Counted from the first letter of the stretch, positions 1-10,067 are shown. The stretch is 60,921 nt of DNA from an uncultured Desulfobacteraceae bacterium (GCA_964442705.1 CAYUAQ010000006.1:1-60921); one strand, 5' to 3'. The notes: generated by a model not told the origin, from the sequence alone. Numbers and translations: made by a program.

Positions 1-7
1 GGAGGAA

Positions 8-95
8 GCCATCCGGTTGGTCGGCGTCAAGAATTTCAAGCTGTCTGAGGAGCGTAGCGACGAGTTCTTGAAATTCAGCCGGGCGGCTGGATGGC
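8..95. repeat. Long imperfect inverted repeat / REP-like hairpin upstream of nuoM
   Basis: gccatccggttggtcggc (8-25) pairs with gccgggcggctggatggc (78-95), with G-T wobbles and one mismatch. The inner gaatttcaag (31-40) pairs with cttgaaattc (67-76). Confidence 0.7.
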
Positions 96-181
96 GCCCC
101 GGATGGACACGGGAGCGGAACCGAAATGGATCTTGCGCGCAACGGTGGAATGTACTGAAACAGATCAAGAGTGAGAGATAA

Positions 182-1663
182 ATGCCCATCGCTTATGCCG
201 GATTTCCGCTTCTTTCCACCATCCTGCTGACCTGCGTGGCGGGGTTGCTGATCATCCTGTTCATTCCCGCCGAACAGACGCGGCAGATCAAGTGGGTCAG
301 CGCGGTGTGCGCCGGGGTGACCCTGGCCGTGAGCCTGTACCTCTTCGTGACCTACGACCACGCCAGCGGCGGGTGGCAGTTCGCCGAAAAGGTGGCCTGG
401 GTGCCGTCGCTGGGCATCCATTACTTCAACGCCGTGGATGGCTTCAGCCTGCCCATGCTGCTGCTCACGGGCATCGTCTTCTTCACGGGCGTGCTCACCA
501 TGTGGGAACTGGAACTGCGGGTCAAGGAGTTCTTCGCCCTCATCATCCTGCTGGTCACCGGTGTCTTCGGGCTGTTCATGAGCCTGGATCTTTTCTTCAT
601 CTTCGTGTGGTTCGACGTTTCCCTGTTTCCCATGTACCTGCTCATCGCCGTGTGGGGCAGCACCCGCAAGGAATACGCTGCCATGAAGCTGACGCTGTAC
701 CTGCTGGCCGGCAGCGCCCTGATCCTGCCGGGTATCGTCTACCTGGTGGTCAAGTCCGGCATGTTCACCTTCGACCTGACGGTGCTCATGGAGCCAGGCA
801 CGTTTACCCCCTTCGAGCAGAAGCTGGCCTTTTTCCTGTTCTACATCGGCTTCGGCATCCTGGCGGCGGTGTGGCCCTTCCACACCTGGTCGCCGGTGGG
901 CCACGTGGCCGCGCCCACGGCCGTGAGCATGATCCACGCCGGCGTGCTCATGAAGATCGGGGCCTTCGGCATCCTGCGCCTGGGCATGTTCCTGTGCCCC
1001 GTGGGCTGGCAGTACTGGGCGCCCCTGATGGCGCTGCTGGCCACCGTCGGCATCGTCTACGGCGTGCTGGCGGGCCTGCGGCAGACGGATCTCAAGTACG
1101 TCATCGGCTACTCCAGCGTGTCGCACATGGGCGTGGTGGGCCTGGGTCTGGCCACCATGACGGTCAGCGGGCTCAACGGCGCCGTCTTCCAGATGTTCGC
1201 CCACGGCGTGATGACGGCCCTGTTCTTCTCGTCGGTGGGCTACATCTACGACCGCACCCATACCAAAGCCATCGCCGAGTTGGGCGGGCTCAGCCGCAGC
1301 ATGCCGCTGGCCGCGGGCTTTTTCATCGTGGCGGCCCTGGCCGGCATCGGGGTGCCCTGCCTGGCCAGCTTCTGGGCCGAACTGCTGGTGTTCATCGCGG
1401 CCTTTAAAGTCTACCCGGTCTACGCCACCTTCGCGGTCGGCGCCCTGGCCGTCAGCGCCCTGTTCATGCTGCGCGTGGTACAGCGCACCTGCTACGGGCC
1501 GCCCGCCGACCGCGTCGCGCGGCTGCCGGACATCTCGCCCGGCCTGGCCGTGCCGCGGGCCATCCTGGTGTCGGTCATCGTGCTCTTCGGCCTGTTTCCG
1601 TCCCTGATGTACAACCTGATACAAACGGCTTCGATCCCGTTCATAGGCAGGCTGCCATGGTAA
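182..1663 (+). CDS. nuoM: NADH-quinone oxidoreductase (complex I-like) subunit M
   Basis: 493-aa very hydrophobic antiporter-like subunit. Motifs VDGFSLP, WPFHTWSPVGHVAAPT, GVLMKIG, IGYSSVSHMG, FQMFAHG, IYDRTHT. Confidence 0.92.
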   Translation: MPIAYAGFPLLSTILLTCVAGLLIILFIPAEQTRQIKWVSAVCAGVTLAVSLYLFVTYDHASGGWQFAEKVAWVPSLGIHYFNAVDGFSLPMLLLTGIVFFTGVLTMWELELRVKEFFALIILLVTGVFGLFMSLDLFFIFVWFDVSLFPMYLLIAVWGSTRKEYAAMKLTLYLLAGSALILPGIVYLVVKSGMFTFDLTVLMEPGTFTPFEQKLAFFLFYIGFGILAAVWPFHTWSPVGHVAAPTAVSMIHAGVLMKIGAFGILRLGMFLCPVGWQYWAPLMALLATVGIVYGVLAGLRQTDLKYVIGYSSVSHMGVVGLGLATMTVSGLNGAVFQMFAHGVMTALFFSSVGYIYDRTHTKAIAELGGLSRSMPLAAGFFIVAALAGIGVPCLASFWAELLVFIAAFKVYPVYATFAVGALAVSALFMLRVVQRTCYGPPADRVARLPDISPGLAVPRAILVSVIVLFGLFPSLMYNLIQTASIPFIGRLPW

Positions 1664-3078
1664 ACTGGATGACCCTCAGCCCCGAACTGTTCTACGGCCT
1701 CGTCATGACGGCGGTGTTCATGGTGCTGTGCCTCCTGCCGGCCAACCCCCGCCGGGACCACGCCACGGCGTTGATCCTGGCCGCCGTGGGCCTGGCCGTC
1801 ACCGGGGGCGCTATGGGGATGCGCGGCGACCTGTTCGTCGACACCTATCGCGTGGACCTGTTCTCACAGGTCTTCAAGGTCATGCTGTCGCTTGGGCTGC
1901 TGGTGGTGGTGCTGCTGTGCAGTGAGCTTGCGGGCGTGGACGAGAAGCGCCACGCACTGGTCTACCTGCTGCTGTCGCTGTGTACGCTGGCCATGATGAT
2001 ACTGGTCAGCGCCGTCAACCTGATCACCATCTACGTGGCCCTGGAACTCTCCAGCTACTGCCTGTACGTGCTGGTTTTCCTGCGAAAGGGGCAGGCGCGC
2101 AGCGCCCAGACGGCCATCCGCTATTTCCTGGTCGGGGCCTCGGCCTCGGCGGTGATGCTCTTCGGCCTGGCGCTGATCTACGGCGCGGCCCGCACCACCA
2201 GCGTGGTCGAGCTCTCCGTCGCCCTGCCGCACCTGATTTCCCGGCCGGATGTGCTTACCGGTCTGCTGCTGGTGCTGGGCGGGTTCTTTTTCAAGCTGGC
2301 CCTGTTCCCGTTCCACTTCTGGGCGCCCGATGTCTACGAAGGGGCCGCCAACCAGGTGGCGGCCTACATCGCCACGGCCTCCAAGGTGGCCACGGTGGCC
2401 GTGCTCATCCGCGTGGTGGCCATGGCCGGTGACGGCAGTCTTCTGCTGGTGCGCGCCCTGGCCGCGCTGGCCATCGTTTCCATGACGGTGGGCAACCTGA
2501 CGGCCATTGTGCAGAAGGACTTCAAGCGCATGCTGGCCTACTCCACCATCGCCCACGGCGGCTACATCCTGCTGGGCATCCTGAGCATGAGCCCCGAGGG
2601 GTTTGCCGCCGCGGTGTTCTACGCCCTCACCGTGCTGGTGCTCAAGTTCAGCTGCTTTTTCGTGCTGGCCAAGGTGGCGGCCGACGGCGCCAACCTGTCC
2701 ATCGACGGCCTGGCCGGCCTTCACCGGCGAAGCCCCCTGCTGGCCATGGTGCTGATGATGGCCCTGTTCGCCCTGGCCGGCATTCCGCCGACCATCGGAT
2801 TTACCGGCAAGCTGTTCATCTTCACGGCCGCCATGGCCAAGGGGCACCTGGTGCTGGTGCTCATCGCCATGTTCAACGTCGTTGTTTCGCTCTACTACTA
2901 CCTGCTGGCCATCAAGGCCGCCTACCTGACGGAGCCGGCGGTGGATCTTCCCGTCATCCGCCTGTCGGTGGGCGAACGGCTGCTGGCCGGTGCCCTGGTG
3001 GCCGTCACGGTGTGCGTCGGCATCTTCCCGGCGCCTCTGCTGGACCTGGCCGAAGCGGCCGTGCGCGCCGTCATATAG
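1657..3078 (+). CDS. nuoN: NADH-quinone oxidoreductase subunit N
   Basis: Motifs FFKLALFPFHFWAPDVYEGA, KRMLAYSTIAHGGY, ALAGIPPTIGFTGK, VSLYYYL. Overlaps the end of nuoM. Confidence 0.93.
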   Translation: MVNWMTLSPELFYGLVMTAVFMVLCLLPANPRRDHATALILAAVGLAVTGGAMGMRGDLFVDTYRVDLFSQVFKVMLSLGLLVVVLLCSELAGVDEKRHALVYLLLSLCTLAMMILVSAVNLITIYVALELSSYCLYVLVFLRKGQARSAQTAIRYFLVGASASAVMLFGLALIYGAARTTSVVELSVALPHLISRPDVLTGLLLVLGGFFFKLALFPFHFWAPDVYEGAANQVAAYIATASKVATVAVLIRVVAMAGDGSLLLVRALAALAIVSMTVGNLTAIVQKDFKRMLAYSTIAHGGYILLGILSMSPEGFAAAVFYALTVLVLKFSCFFVLAKVAADGANLSIDGLAGLHRRSPLLAMVLMMALFALAGIPPTIGFTGKLFIFTAAMAKGHLVLVLIAMFNVVVSLYYYLLAIKAAYLTEPAVDLPVIRLSVGERLLAGALVAVTVCVGIFPAPLLDLAEAAVRAVI

Positions 3079-3079
3079 A

Positions 3080-3108
3080 TTGACAAAAAGGCAGGGATAC
3101 CGCAAAAT
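3080..3108 (+). promoter_or_regulatory. Putative sigma-70 promoter
   Basis: TTGACA-17 nt-CAAAAT directly after the nuoN stop, upstream of the CDS at 3229. Confidence 0.55.
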
Positions 3109-3123
3109 AATCCGGACAAAACA

Positions 3124-3209
3124 GTCAGTGGTCAATTGACGGTCGTCCGTCGGACTTGAGGATCCCGCTATCGCGACCACGGACAACGGGCCAGGGACGA
3201 CTGACCAAC
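3124..3209. repeat. Inverted degenerate heptamer array (GTCCGTY/RACGGAC family)
   Basis: gtcagtg-gtcaatt-gacggtc-gtccgtc followed by gaccacg-gacaacg-ggccagg-gacgact. Confidence 0.6.
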
Positions 3210-3228
3210 CCAAAGGAGAATCGACGGC

Positions 3229-3843
3229 ATGAACTTCAAACACCACCTTGAAAGAGCCTGGCGCCTGACCATCGACAACCTGGTGCCCCTGATCCTGATG
3301 ACGCTGGTCATGGTGGTGGTCAGCGGCCTGACCCTGGGCATCCTGGCCATGGTCACCCTGGCCGGCTACACCAAATCCATCCTGTCGATGATGCGCACCG
3401 GGCGCGAACCCAAGCTGGGCGACGTGTTTTCGGAGATGCCACTGTTCCTGCCCCTGCTGGGCTACAGCCTGGTGGCAGTCGTCATCACCGCCATCGGTTT
3501 CATGCTGCTTTTCATCCCGGGGGTCATCCTGGCGTGCGCCATCGCATGGGCCAGCCTGTACATGCTGCCGCTGATGGTGGACAAGCGCATGGGTGTCGTC
3601 GAAGCCCTCAAGGAGAGTTTCCGCATCGTCAGTTCGCGGGAGGACATCATGGACCACATCGTACTGCTGATCCTGCTGGTGGGCATCTCCGCGGTGGGCA
3701 GCTCGGTGTTCATCGGCTGGCTGTTCACCCAGCCTTTTGCCATGATCCTGCTGCTGTCGGCCTACGAGGAAGAAGTTGCCGGGGCAAGGGCCGCGCCACC
3801 GGAAACCACGCCTCCCCCGCCGCCCGGGGAGTCTGAAGCTTGA
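3229..3843 (+). CDS. Conserved hypothetical membrane protein (about 4 TM, Pro-rich C-terminal tail)
   Basis: AAGGAG SD, hydrophobic segments, LLFIPGVI...LPLMVDKRMGVVEALKESF pattern. Confidence 0.8.
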   Translation: MNFKHHLERAWRLTIDNLVPLILMTLVMVVVSGLTLGILAMVTLAGYTKSILSMMRTGREPKLGDVFSEMPLFLPLLGYSLVAVVITAIGFMLLFIPGVILACAIAWASLYMLPLMVDKRMGVVEALKESFRIVSSREDIMDHIVLLILLVGISAVGSSVFIGWLFTQPFAMILLLSAYEEEVAGARAAPPETTPPPPPGESEA

Positions 3844-3885
3844 AGTCAGAAGTTAGAAATCGTTGATAAAGATCGGCCTGTCATC

Positions 3886-3931
3886 GACATCGAACGTCGA
3901 ACGATGCGATTCGACGTTCGGTGTCTTTTTT
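3886..3931 (+). terminator. Intrinsic terminator-like hairpin between convergent genes
   Basis: gacatcgaacgtcgaa / ttcgacgttcggtgtc stem followed by a T6 run. Confidence 0.65.
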
Positions 3932-3943
3932 CATGAGTTGGCT

Positions 3944-4780
3944 TCAGCCTTCCAGCACGGCCCCCACGGTGCCGAAGAAGAAGCGCCGGCCCAGCTTGGC
4001 GTGCAGCAGGGAGGCCTTTTCGAGGCCCGTGCAGTGGGACACGCCCAGGCGCTCGATGCGATACTGGTCGATGACCTTGACGGTTTCGTCGAACTGCTCG
4101 TCGCTGGAGAATCCCAGGTGGGTGCCACCGATGACGGCGAAAATGCGGTCGCGTTTGAGCTGTTCGATGGCGTAGTTGAGGATGTTGATCATGCCGGCAT
4201 GGGCACAGCCCAGCACGATCACCAGCCCCCGGTCGGTTTCGACGATCATGGACAGGTCGTCGTGCAGGGGATCGGGCCGGACGTGCCGACCGTCGCCGGT
4301 GATCATGGTCATGTTGGGGTCGCCTTTTTCAAAGGCGCTCTTGCGCGGCACTTCGCCGGTGAGGTACACGCCGGGTCCGATCTCCACCATTTCCGTGCCC
4401 AGCTTGAAGCGGGCGCCCAGTGATTCCAGGTACCCCCGGCGAAAGGGGATGCCGATGTCCCGGGTGATATTCCCCTTGGACCAGATGCGCCGGGCGAACA
4501 TCTCGGTGTGTCCATAGACGTCCACCGGCCCCCTGGACTTCAGCACCGCCGGCAGGCCGCCGGTGTGGTCATAGTGGCCGTGGCTGATCATGACGGCCTG
4601 GATGGACCGCAAATCTTTTTTAAGGGCCAGCGAATTCTGGATGATGCCGTAACCCTGGCCCGTGTCGAACAGGTAGCTGCCGGCATCGGTTTCCACGAAA
4701 CAGGCGAAACCGTGCTCACCGATGACGTCAAAGGGCACTGCAACCGAATTTTCACACAGGATGGTCAATCGCGCTTTCAT
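3944..4780 (-). CDS. MBL-fold metallo-hydrolase (COG1237-like)
   Basis: GEHG, LFDTG, ISHGHYDHTGG (HxHxDH), GCAHAG, GGTH, HCTG motifs; AAGGAGG SD. Confidence 0.9.
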   Translation of the reverse strand: MKARLTILCENSVAVPFDVIGEHGFACFVETDAGSYLFDTGQGYGIIQNSLALKKDLRSIQAVMISHGHYDHTGGLPAVLKSRGPVDVYGHTEMFARRIWSKGNITRDIGIPFRRGYLESLGARFKLGTEMVEIGPGVYLTGEVPRKSAFEKGDPNMTMITGDGRHVRPDPLHDDLSMIVETDRGLVIVLGCAHAGMINILNYAIEQLKRDRIFAVIGGTHLGFSSDEQFDETVKVIDQYRIERLGVSHCTGLEKASLLHAKLGRRFFFGTVGAVLEG

Positions 4781-4826
4781 GCTCGTCCTCCTTGTCAGTC
4801 AGGCACTTTACCGTTCCACAGGATTC

Positions 4827-4855
4827 ATTTTAGGCCTCACGGCGTCGATAATCAA
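4827..4855 (-). promoter_or_regulatory. Putative sigma-70 promoter of the MBL hydrolase
   Basis: Minus strand TTGATT-17 nt-TAAAAT. Confidence 0.5.
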
Positions 4856-5378
4856 GCCCCATGTGCGCACCGGCGTTCTGGGCCTTGCAGGTGCGGGACT
4901 GATTGGAGGAGATTTTATATCTCACTGACGGGGAAACCAGGGTAACCCAAGTAACAAGTGGCCTGCTTGATGCGGACAGCCTTCGTTATGCGGGTGCCTT
5001 CGTGTGCCAGGGGCGGGCAGGTTTCGGCTGCGCGCGGTTGGAGAACCGGCCGGAGCATCCCCGCCGGGGATCGCGGAGTGCAGACGATGCCTGCCCGCCA
5101 CGGCGGGGCCAGGCTGCGGGCGTGACGCTCCCAAAGAGGGTTGCTACTTGCCATCGCCCTGACAGGGAAAGGTAAATTTCTTGACAAGTTGCGTGCCTTC
5201 ATCTACCAATCTGGCTTCAGTGAAAAAACGTCTTGCTTTTCAAACCCCGAAGGTTCCGCCTGCCTGCGTTTGACACTTTGCCGTACAACAACGTTGCGCT
5301 CGGCTTCTGCGCCCAGCCGCACAGGCGCCACGGATTTTGAAACAGGTCCATACTATAAACGAAGAAGGAGCCACCCCG

Positions 5379-6296
5379 ATGGTATCTCCCAGAAGATCGA
5401 TCCTCTCGGTCCCGGGCCACCGTCCCAAGATGCACCGCAAGGCCCGCGAAAGCGCCGCCGACGTCGTCATGCTGGACCTGGAGGACAGCGTGCCGCTGGA
5501 TGCCAAGCTGGCCGCCCGGGCGGCGGTCATCGACGCCCTCAACGATGTGGATTGGGGGGGCAGGACCGTCACCGTGCGGATAAACGCTTTCGACACCCCC
5601 TTCGGTTTCCGTGATCTTCTGGAGGTGGCCCAGGGGGCCGGCGAGGTCCTGTCGGCCGTGGTGCTTCCCAAGGTGGATGAAGCGGCCGACATTCACTGCG
5701 CCAGCCGCCTGCTGGACGGCATTGAAATGGAACGTGGCACCGAGACCGCCACCGGCATCGAGGCGACCATCGAATCGGCCCGGGGCATGCAGAACATCAC
5801 CGCCATCGCCGCCGCCAGCCCCCGCTTGGTGAGCCTGGTCTTCGGTATCGCCGATTACTCGGCCTCCATCGGCGCCCGGCTGGTGTCCCTGTCGGGCCAC
5901 GGCGAGGCCGAGGAGCAGATCTACCCCGGACACCGCTGGAATTTCGCCCTTGGCCGGGTGGTGATGGCGGCCAAGGCCAACGGTCTGCTGGCTATAGACG
6001 CCCCCTACGGCAACTTCAAGGACCCACAAGGTCTGCAGCGGGCGGCAGCCATGTCCTGCGCGCTGGGCTGTGACGGCAAGTGGGCCATCCACCCCGGCCA
6101 GATCGAGATCATCAACCGGGTTTTCTCACCGTCGGTTGAAGAAATTTCCCGAGCCAGAAAGATCCTGGATGCCTGGAAAGCGGCCCGCAGACAGGGATTG
6201 GGTGCGGCCGCCATAGACGGACGTATGATCGACCAGGCCACCGTGCGCCTGGCACGCCGGCTGTGGGAACAGGCCAGACAGATGGGACTGATTTAG
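5379..6296 (+). CDS. CitE/HpcH-family CoA-ester lyase (citrate lyase beta / malyl-CoA lyase-like)
   Basis: RRSILSVPG, ADVVMLDLEDSV, VRIN, PKV, TIES, FGIADY, GKWAIHPGQI. Start moved to ATG 5379, which follows AAGGAG. Confidence 0.88.
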   Translation: MVSPRRSILSVPGHRPKMHRKARESAADVVMLDLEDSVPLDAKLAARAAVIDALNDVDWGGRTVTVRINAFDTPFGFRDLLEVAQGAGEVLSAVVLPKVDEAADIHCASRLLDGIEMERGTETATGIEATIESARGMQNITAIAAASPRLVSLVFGIADYSASIGARLVSLSGHGEAEEQIYPGHRWNFALGRVVMAAKANGLLAIDAPYGNFKDPQGLQRAAAMSCALGCDGKWAIHPGQIEIINRVFSPSVEEISRARKILDAWKAARRQGLGAAAIDGRMIDQATVRLARRLWEQARQMGLI

Positions 6297-6342
6297 CGAA
6301 ACCGATAATCGAGAACTTTCTCTGAACAATGGGGTTTTTCAT

Positions 6343-9300
6343 ATGAAGATCATCGCCCGCATTTTTTTGACGGCCCTGCTGCTGTCCACCACCGCAACCA
6401 TCCAGACCGCGGCGGCCGTACCCGGTATCAATATAGACGTCCAGCAGTTCACCTTGGAAAACGGCATGCAGTTCCTGGTGGTCGAGCGGCACGCCAGCCC
6501 CCAGGTGGCCTGCCGTATCGCCATTCGGGCGGGATCGGCCCTGGAGGCCACCGGCAAGACCGGCATTGCCCACATGCTGGAACATATGATGTTCAAGGGA
6601 ACCAAGAATTTCGGCACCCTGGACTACAAAAAGGACGAGGAACTGCAGCAGCGCATCGAAGCCGCCTACCAGGTGATCCTGGCGCAGAGAGATAAGCGCC
6701 AGCCCGACCAGACGATCATCGACCAGAAACTCTCCGAAATGGCCCAGCTGCGCCGGCAGGTGCAGGCTATCTACATACCGCAGGCCTTCTCGGCGCAGCT
6801 GGGAAAAAACGGCGCCGTCAATATCAATGCCTACACCACCAAGGACCAAACCCAGTACATGACCTCGGTGCCGTCGGACATGATCGAACAGTGGTTCTCC
6901 ATCATCAGCGAGCAGCTCTTCGAACCCGCCTGGCGGGAATTTTACGTGGAACGTGAGGTAGTGCAGCGCGAATGGGCTTTCCGCTATGTAAACAAGCCTG
7001 CCGGCGCCGCCTGGCTGGACTTGAGCGCCACGGCGTACAACGCCCATCCCTACCGCAACCCGACCATCGGCTGGCCGTCAGACATGGCCCGCTTTTCCAC
7101 CACGGACGCCATGGACTTCCACCGGCGCTACTACAACCCGGCCGATGCGGTCTGCGTACTGGTGGGGGACATCACCGTGGCCCAGGCCAAACACTTGGCG
7201 GAGATCTACTTTCCGCGCTATCCGGCTGGAAAAAGGGCTCCGGAAAGGGTTACGGACGAGCCCAAACAGCAGGGAGCACGGCGTAGTGTTCGCTATCTGC
7301 CCGGCGCCCGCACCCCGCTGGTGCGTCTGGGATACCACGGTGCGCCCATGGGCAGTGAAGATTTCTACGCCCTGGATGTCGTTACCATGCTGCTCAGCCT
7401 GGGCCGCAGCGCCATCCTTACCCAAGACATCGTCGAAAAGGGGCTGGCCGTGTCAGCCTGGGCGGGCAATCCCGACAACCGCTACGGCACCCTGTTCGTC
7501 ATGGGCGGAACGTCCAATGAACCGGCGGAACTGAAGGCCGCCGAGACCGATGAAGCCGCCCGGCGGCAGGCCACCGTCAAGGCCTGCCGGCAGCTGGAGG
7601 ATCTGCTGGCCGACCAGATCCGGCGCCTGCAGACCGATCTGGTCAGCCCCGCCGATCTGGCACGGGTCAAAAAGCTCAACCGGCGGGATTTTCTCGACCG
7701 GCTGCGCAACAACGAATCCCTGGCCGAGACCCTGGCTACCCTGGAAGTGCAGATCGGCTGGCAATACCTGCGCAACTACCTGAAGCAACTCGACAAGGTC
7801 ACCGCCGCGCAGGTGCGCCGGGCGGCCCGTAAATATCTGCAGCCGGAAAACAGGACCAGCGTCTATGTCATTCCGGGCGGCAAACCGGCCACCCCACCGC
7901 AGCAGTACTCCGAAATCCGCAACGTGGGCGGGGCAGCGGCGGCACGCCTGAAAAAACCGGCCTCGCTGGAGAATCACTCCATCTACCCCACGCCCAAGGG
8001 CTGGAAACACCCCCTGTCCTTCGAGCGCCACCCCGAGCGCATCCACTACCCCGAGGCTGCCCGCTGGCAGTCCGGTGACACGACCGTCTTTTTTCTTCCG
8101 GACCACGAACTTCCTCTGGTGGAACTGACCCTGCTGATCAAGGCCGGCCGCGTCGATGTGGCGGACGACCAGGCCGGCCTGGCGGCGCTTCTGAACCAGT
8201 GCCTGATACGGGGCGGCACCGCCGACCACGACCCCCGCTCTCTGGCGCTGGTGCTCGACCGCAATGCCATCCGCCTGTCCGTGAATGTCAAACAGGAGGA
8301 CACCGTCGTTCAGCTGTCGGTCCTCAAAGACGACTGGCAGAAAGGGTTGTCGCTGCTGCGGGAAGTGCTGACCGCACCGGCCTTCGACGACGGGGTGCTG
8401 AAGGTTGCCAAAGCCCAGGAAATCACGGCCCTGAAGCGCCAGGGAGGCAATGCCCAGGCCGTGGCCATTCGAGAGCTGATGATCCGCCATTTCAGGGGAC
8501 ACGTTTACGGGCGTGACCCCCTGGCGGCCTTGCAGACCATTGGACACATCACCAGGCAGGATCTGGTCGACTTCGTGCGCCGTTACCTGGTTCCGGCCAA
8601 CATGGTGGCCGCCGTGGCCGGAGACATGGATGAAGCCGAGGTCCGCAGCAGCCTGGATGCCTTTTTCAGGGGACTGTCCAGCGCCCCGGCCCCTGGCCGC
8701 AACCTGCCGCTGCCGTCACCGACACCACCGGTTCTGACCGTCATCAACAAACCGGGACAGGTGCAGTCCCAGGTTTTCATGGCGCTGCCCGGCCTGCGCC
8801 GCACCCAGCCCGGCTACTGGCAGAACAGCCTGCTGATGGACATCTTCGGCGGCAACGACTCCCTGATGTACACCCGTCTGCGCGATGACCTGGGTCTGGT
8901 GTACACCGCCCAGTTCGTCCAGCTATACAAATGGAAGGCCGGGATGCTGCTGGGCTATATCGGCTGTAAAGCCGACAAAACCGCCCTGGCCATCGCGGAG
9001 ACACTGAATATCATGCGCCGTTTGCGCCGCGAGATTCCCAGGCCGATGTTCGAACAGAAACGCCTCGACGCCCTCAACAGCTTTGTTTTCAATGTCGACA
9101 CGCCCCGAGACCTGGTGGTGACCTATGGGAGCTATTTCCTGCGCCGGGAGCCGCTGGACACTCTGGAGCGCATCCAGACGGCCTTCATCAATGCCACCGT
9201 CGAGGAACTCCAGAAACTGGCCGACGAACTGCTCGATCCCCGCAAGGTCCAGATTGTGGTAGTTACCGACCTGAACACACCGGTGCACGAGCAGGCAGGG

Positions 9301-9378
9301 GTCTCCACCATTGGAAATGCGCTGAAAAAACTGGCCGGGCACGAGGGCCTGCCATACAGCGAAGCGCCGCTGCGCTGA
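6343..9378 (+). CDS. Secreted M16 (insulinase/PqqL-type) zinc peptidase, two halves fused
   Basis: Signal peptide; GIAHMLEHMMFKGT (HxxEH); NAYT; second half DHELPLV...RDDLGLVY lacking the Zn motif. Confidence 0.9.
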   Translation: MKIIARIFLTALLLSTTATIQTAAAVPGINIDVQQFTLENGMQFLVVERHASPQVACRIAIRAGSALEATGKTGIAHMLEHMMFKGTKNFGTLDYKKDEELQQRIEAAYQVILAQRDKRQPDQTIIDQKLSEMAQLRRQVQAIYIPQAFSAQLGKNGAVNINAYTTKDQTQYMTSVPSDMIEQWFSIISEQLFEPAWREFYVEREVVQREWAFRYVNKPAGAAWLDLSATAYNAHPYRNPTIGWPSDMARFSTTDAMDFHRRYYNPADAVCVLVGDITVAQAKHLAEIYFPRYPAGKRAPERVTDEPKQQGARRSVRYLPGARTPLVRLGYHGAPMGSEDFYALDVVTMLLSLGRSAILTQDIVEKGLAVSAWAGNPDNRYGTLFVMGGTSNEPAELKAAETDEAARRQATVKACRQLEDLLADQIRRLQTDLVSPADLARVKKLNRRDFLDRLRNNESLAETLATLEVQIGWQYLRNYLKQLDKVTAAQVRRAARKYLQPENRTSVYVIPGGKPATPPQQYSEIRNVGGAAAARLKKPASLENHSIYPTPKGWKHPLSFERHPERIHYPEAARWQSGDTTVFFLPDHELPLVELTLLIKAGRVDVADDQAGLAALLNQCLIRGGTADHDPRSLALVLDRNAIRLSVNVKQEDTVVQLSVLKDDWQKGLSLLREVLTAPAFDDGVLKVAKAQEITALKRQGGNAQAVAIRELMIRHFRGHVYGRDPLAALQTIGHITRQDLVDFVRRYLVPANMVAAVAGDMDEAEVRSSLDAFFRGLSSAPAPGRNLPLPSPTPPVLTVINKPGQVQSQVFMALPGLRRTQPGYWQNSLLMDIFGGNDSLMYTRLRDDLGLVYTAQFVQLYKWKAGMLLGYIGCKADKTALAIAETLNIMRRLRREIPRPMFEQKRLDALNSFVFNVDTPRDLVVTYGSYFLRREPLDTLERIQTAFINATVEELQKLADELLDPRKVQIVVVTDLNTPVHEQAGVSTIGNALKKLAGHEGLPYSEAPLR

Positions 9379-9389
9379 GTCGGTGCCTA

Positions 9390-10067
9390 ATGGAAAACCT
9401 TCTGCTGGAGAAAGAACGCCGCTTGGTCGTCGAATTCGGCCGCCAGCTGGTCACCCGCAGGCTGACCAGCGGCACGGGCGGCAATCTGAGCGTTCTGCGA
9501 CGAGACCAGGGGCTGGTGGCCATCAGTCCTTCGGGACTGGATTACTTCCACACACGGCCCGAAGACGTGGCAGTGGTGAATTTTTCCGGGCAGGTGATTG
9601 ACGGCATCCGGCGGCCCTCTGCCGAAACCGCCATTCACACCGGGCTATACGCCCTGCGCGGCGACATCGGCGCCGTGGTGCACACCCACTCGGTCTACGC
9701 CACCACCTTCGCCTGCCTGCACCGCGAGATTCCCGCCACTCACTACCTGGTGGGCTTCTGCGGCACCCGGGTGCCGGTGGCCCCCTACGCCACCTGCGGC
9801 ACTTCCCTGCTGGCGAAACATGTCACAGCGGCCATGAGGTCCTTCAACGCGGTGCTGATGGCCAATCACGGCTTGGTGGCGGTGGGGGCCAGTATCCAAA
9901 GGGCCCTGGCCACCGCCGAAGCGGTGGAGTTCGCAGCCCGGGTGCATTATCAGTGCCTGGCCATCGGCGATCCCGTAATCCTGCCGGATCGCGAGATGCA
10001 GCGGGTGATCCGAAAAATCGCCGATTACGGGCCGGGAACCGAAAAGGTGGACGGCAGCGAATCCTGA
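9390..10067 (+). CDS. Class II aldolase (L-fuculose-1-phosphate aldolase-like)
   Basis: GTGGNLS, ISPSG, PSAE, VHTHS, LMANHG Zn-binding motifs. Confidence 0.88.
   Translation: MENLLLEKERRLVVEFGRQLVTRRLTSGTGGNLSVLRRDQGLVAISPSGLDYFHTRPEDVAVVNFSGQVIDGIRRPSAETAIHTGLYALRGDIGAVVHTHSVYATTFACLHREIPATHYLVGFCGTRVPVAPYATCGTSLLAKHVTAAMRSFNAVLMANHGLVAVGASIQRALATAEAVEFAARVHYQCLAIGDPVILPDREMQRVIRKIADYGPGTEKVDGSES

Noticed and set aside
3124-3209. Repeat tracts as a CRISPR array
   Set aside because: Units are 7-9 nt and degenerate, there are no unique spacers, and no cas genes are present.
6301-6308. ACCGATAA as a sigma-28 -10 box (also TCCGATAA near 20205)
   Set aside because: No TAAA-like -35 element at 15-16 nt spacing.
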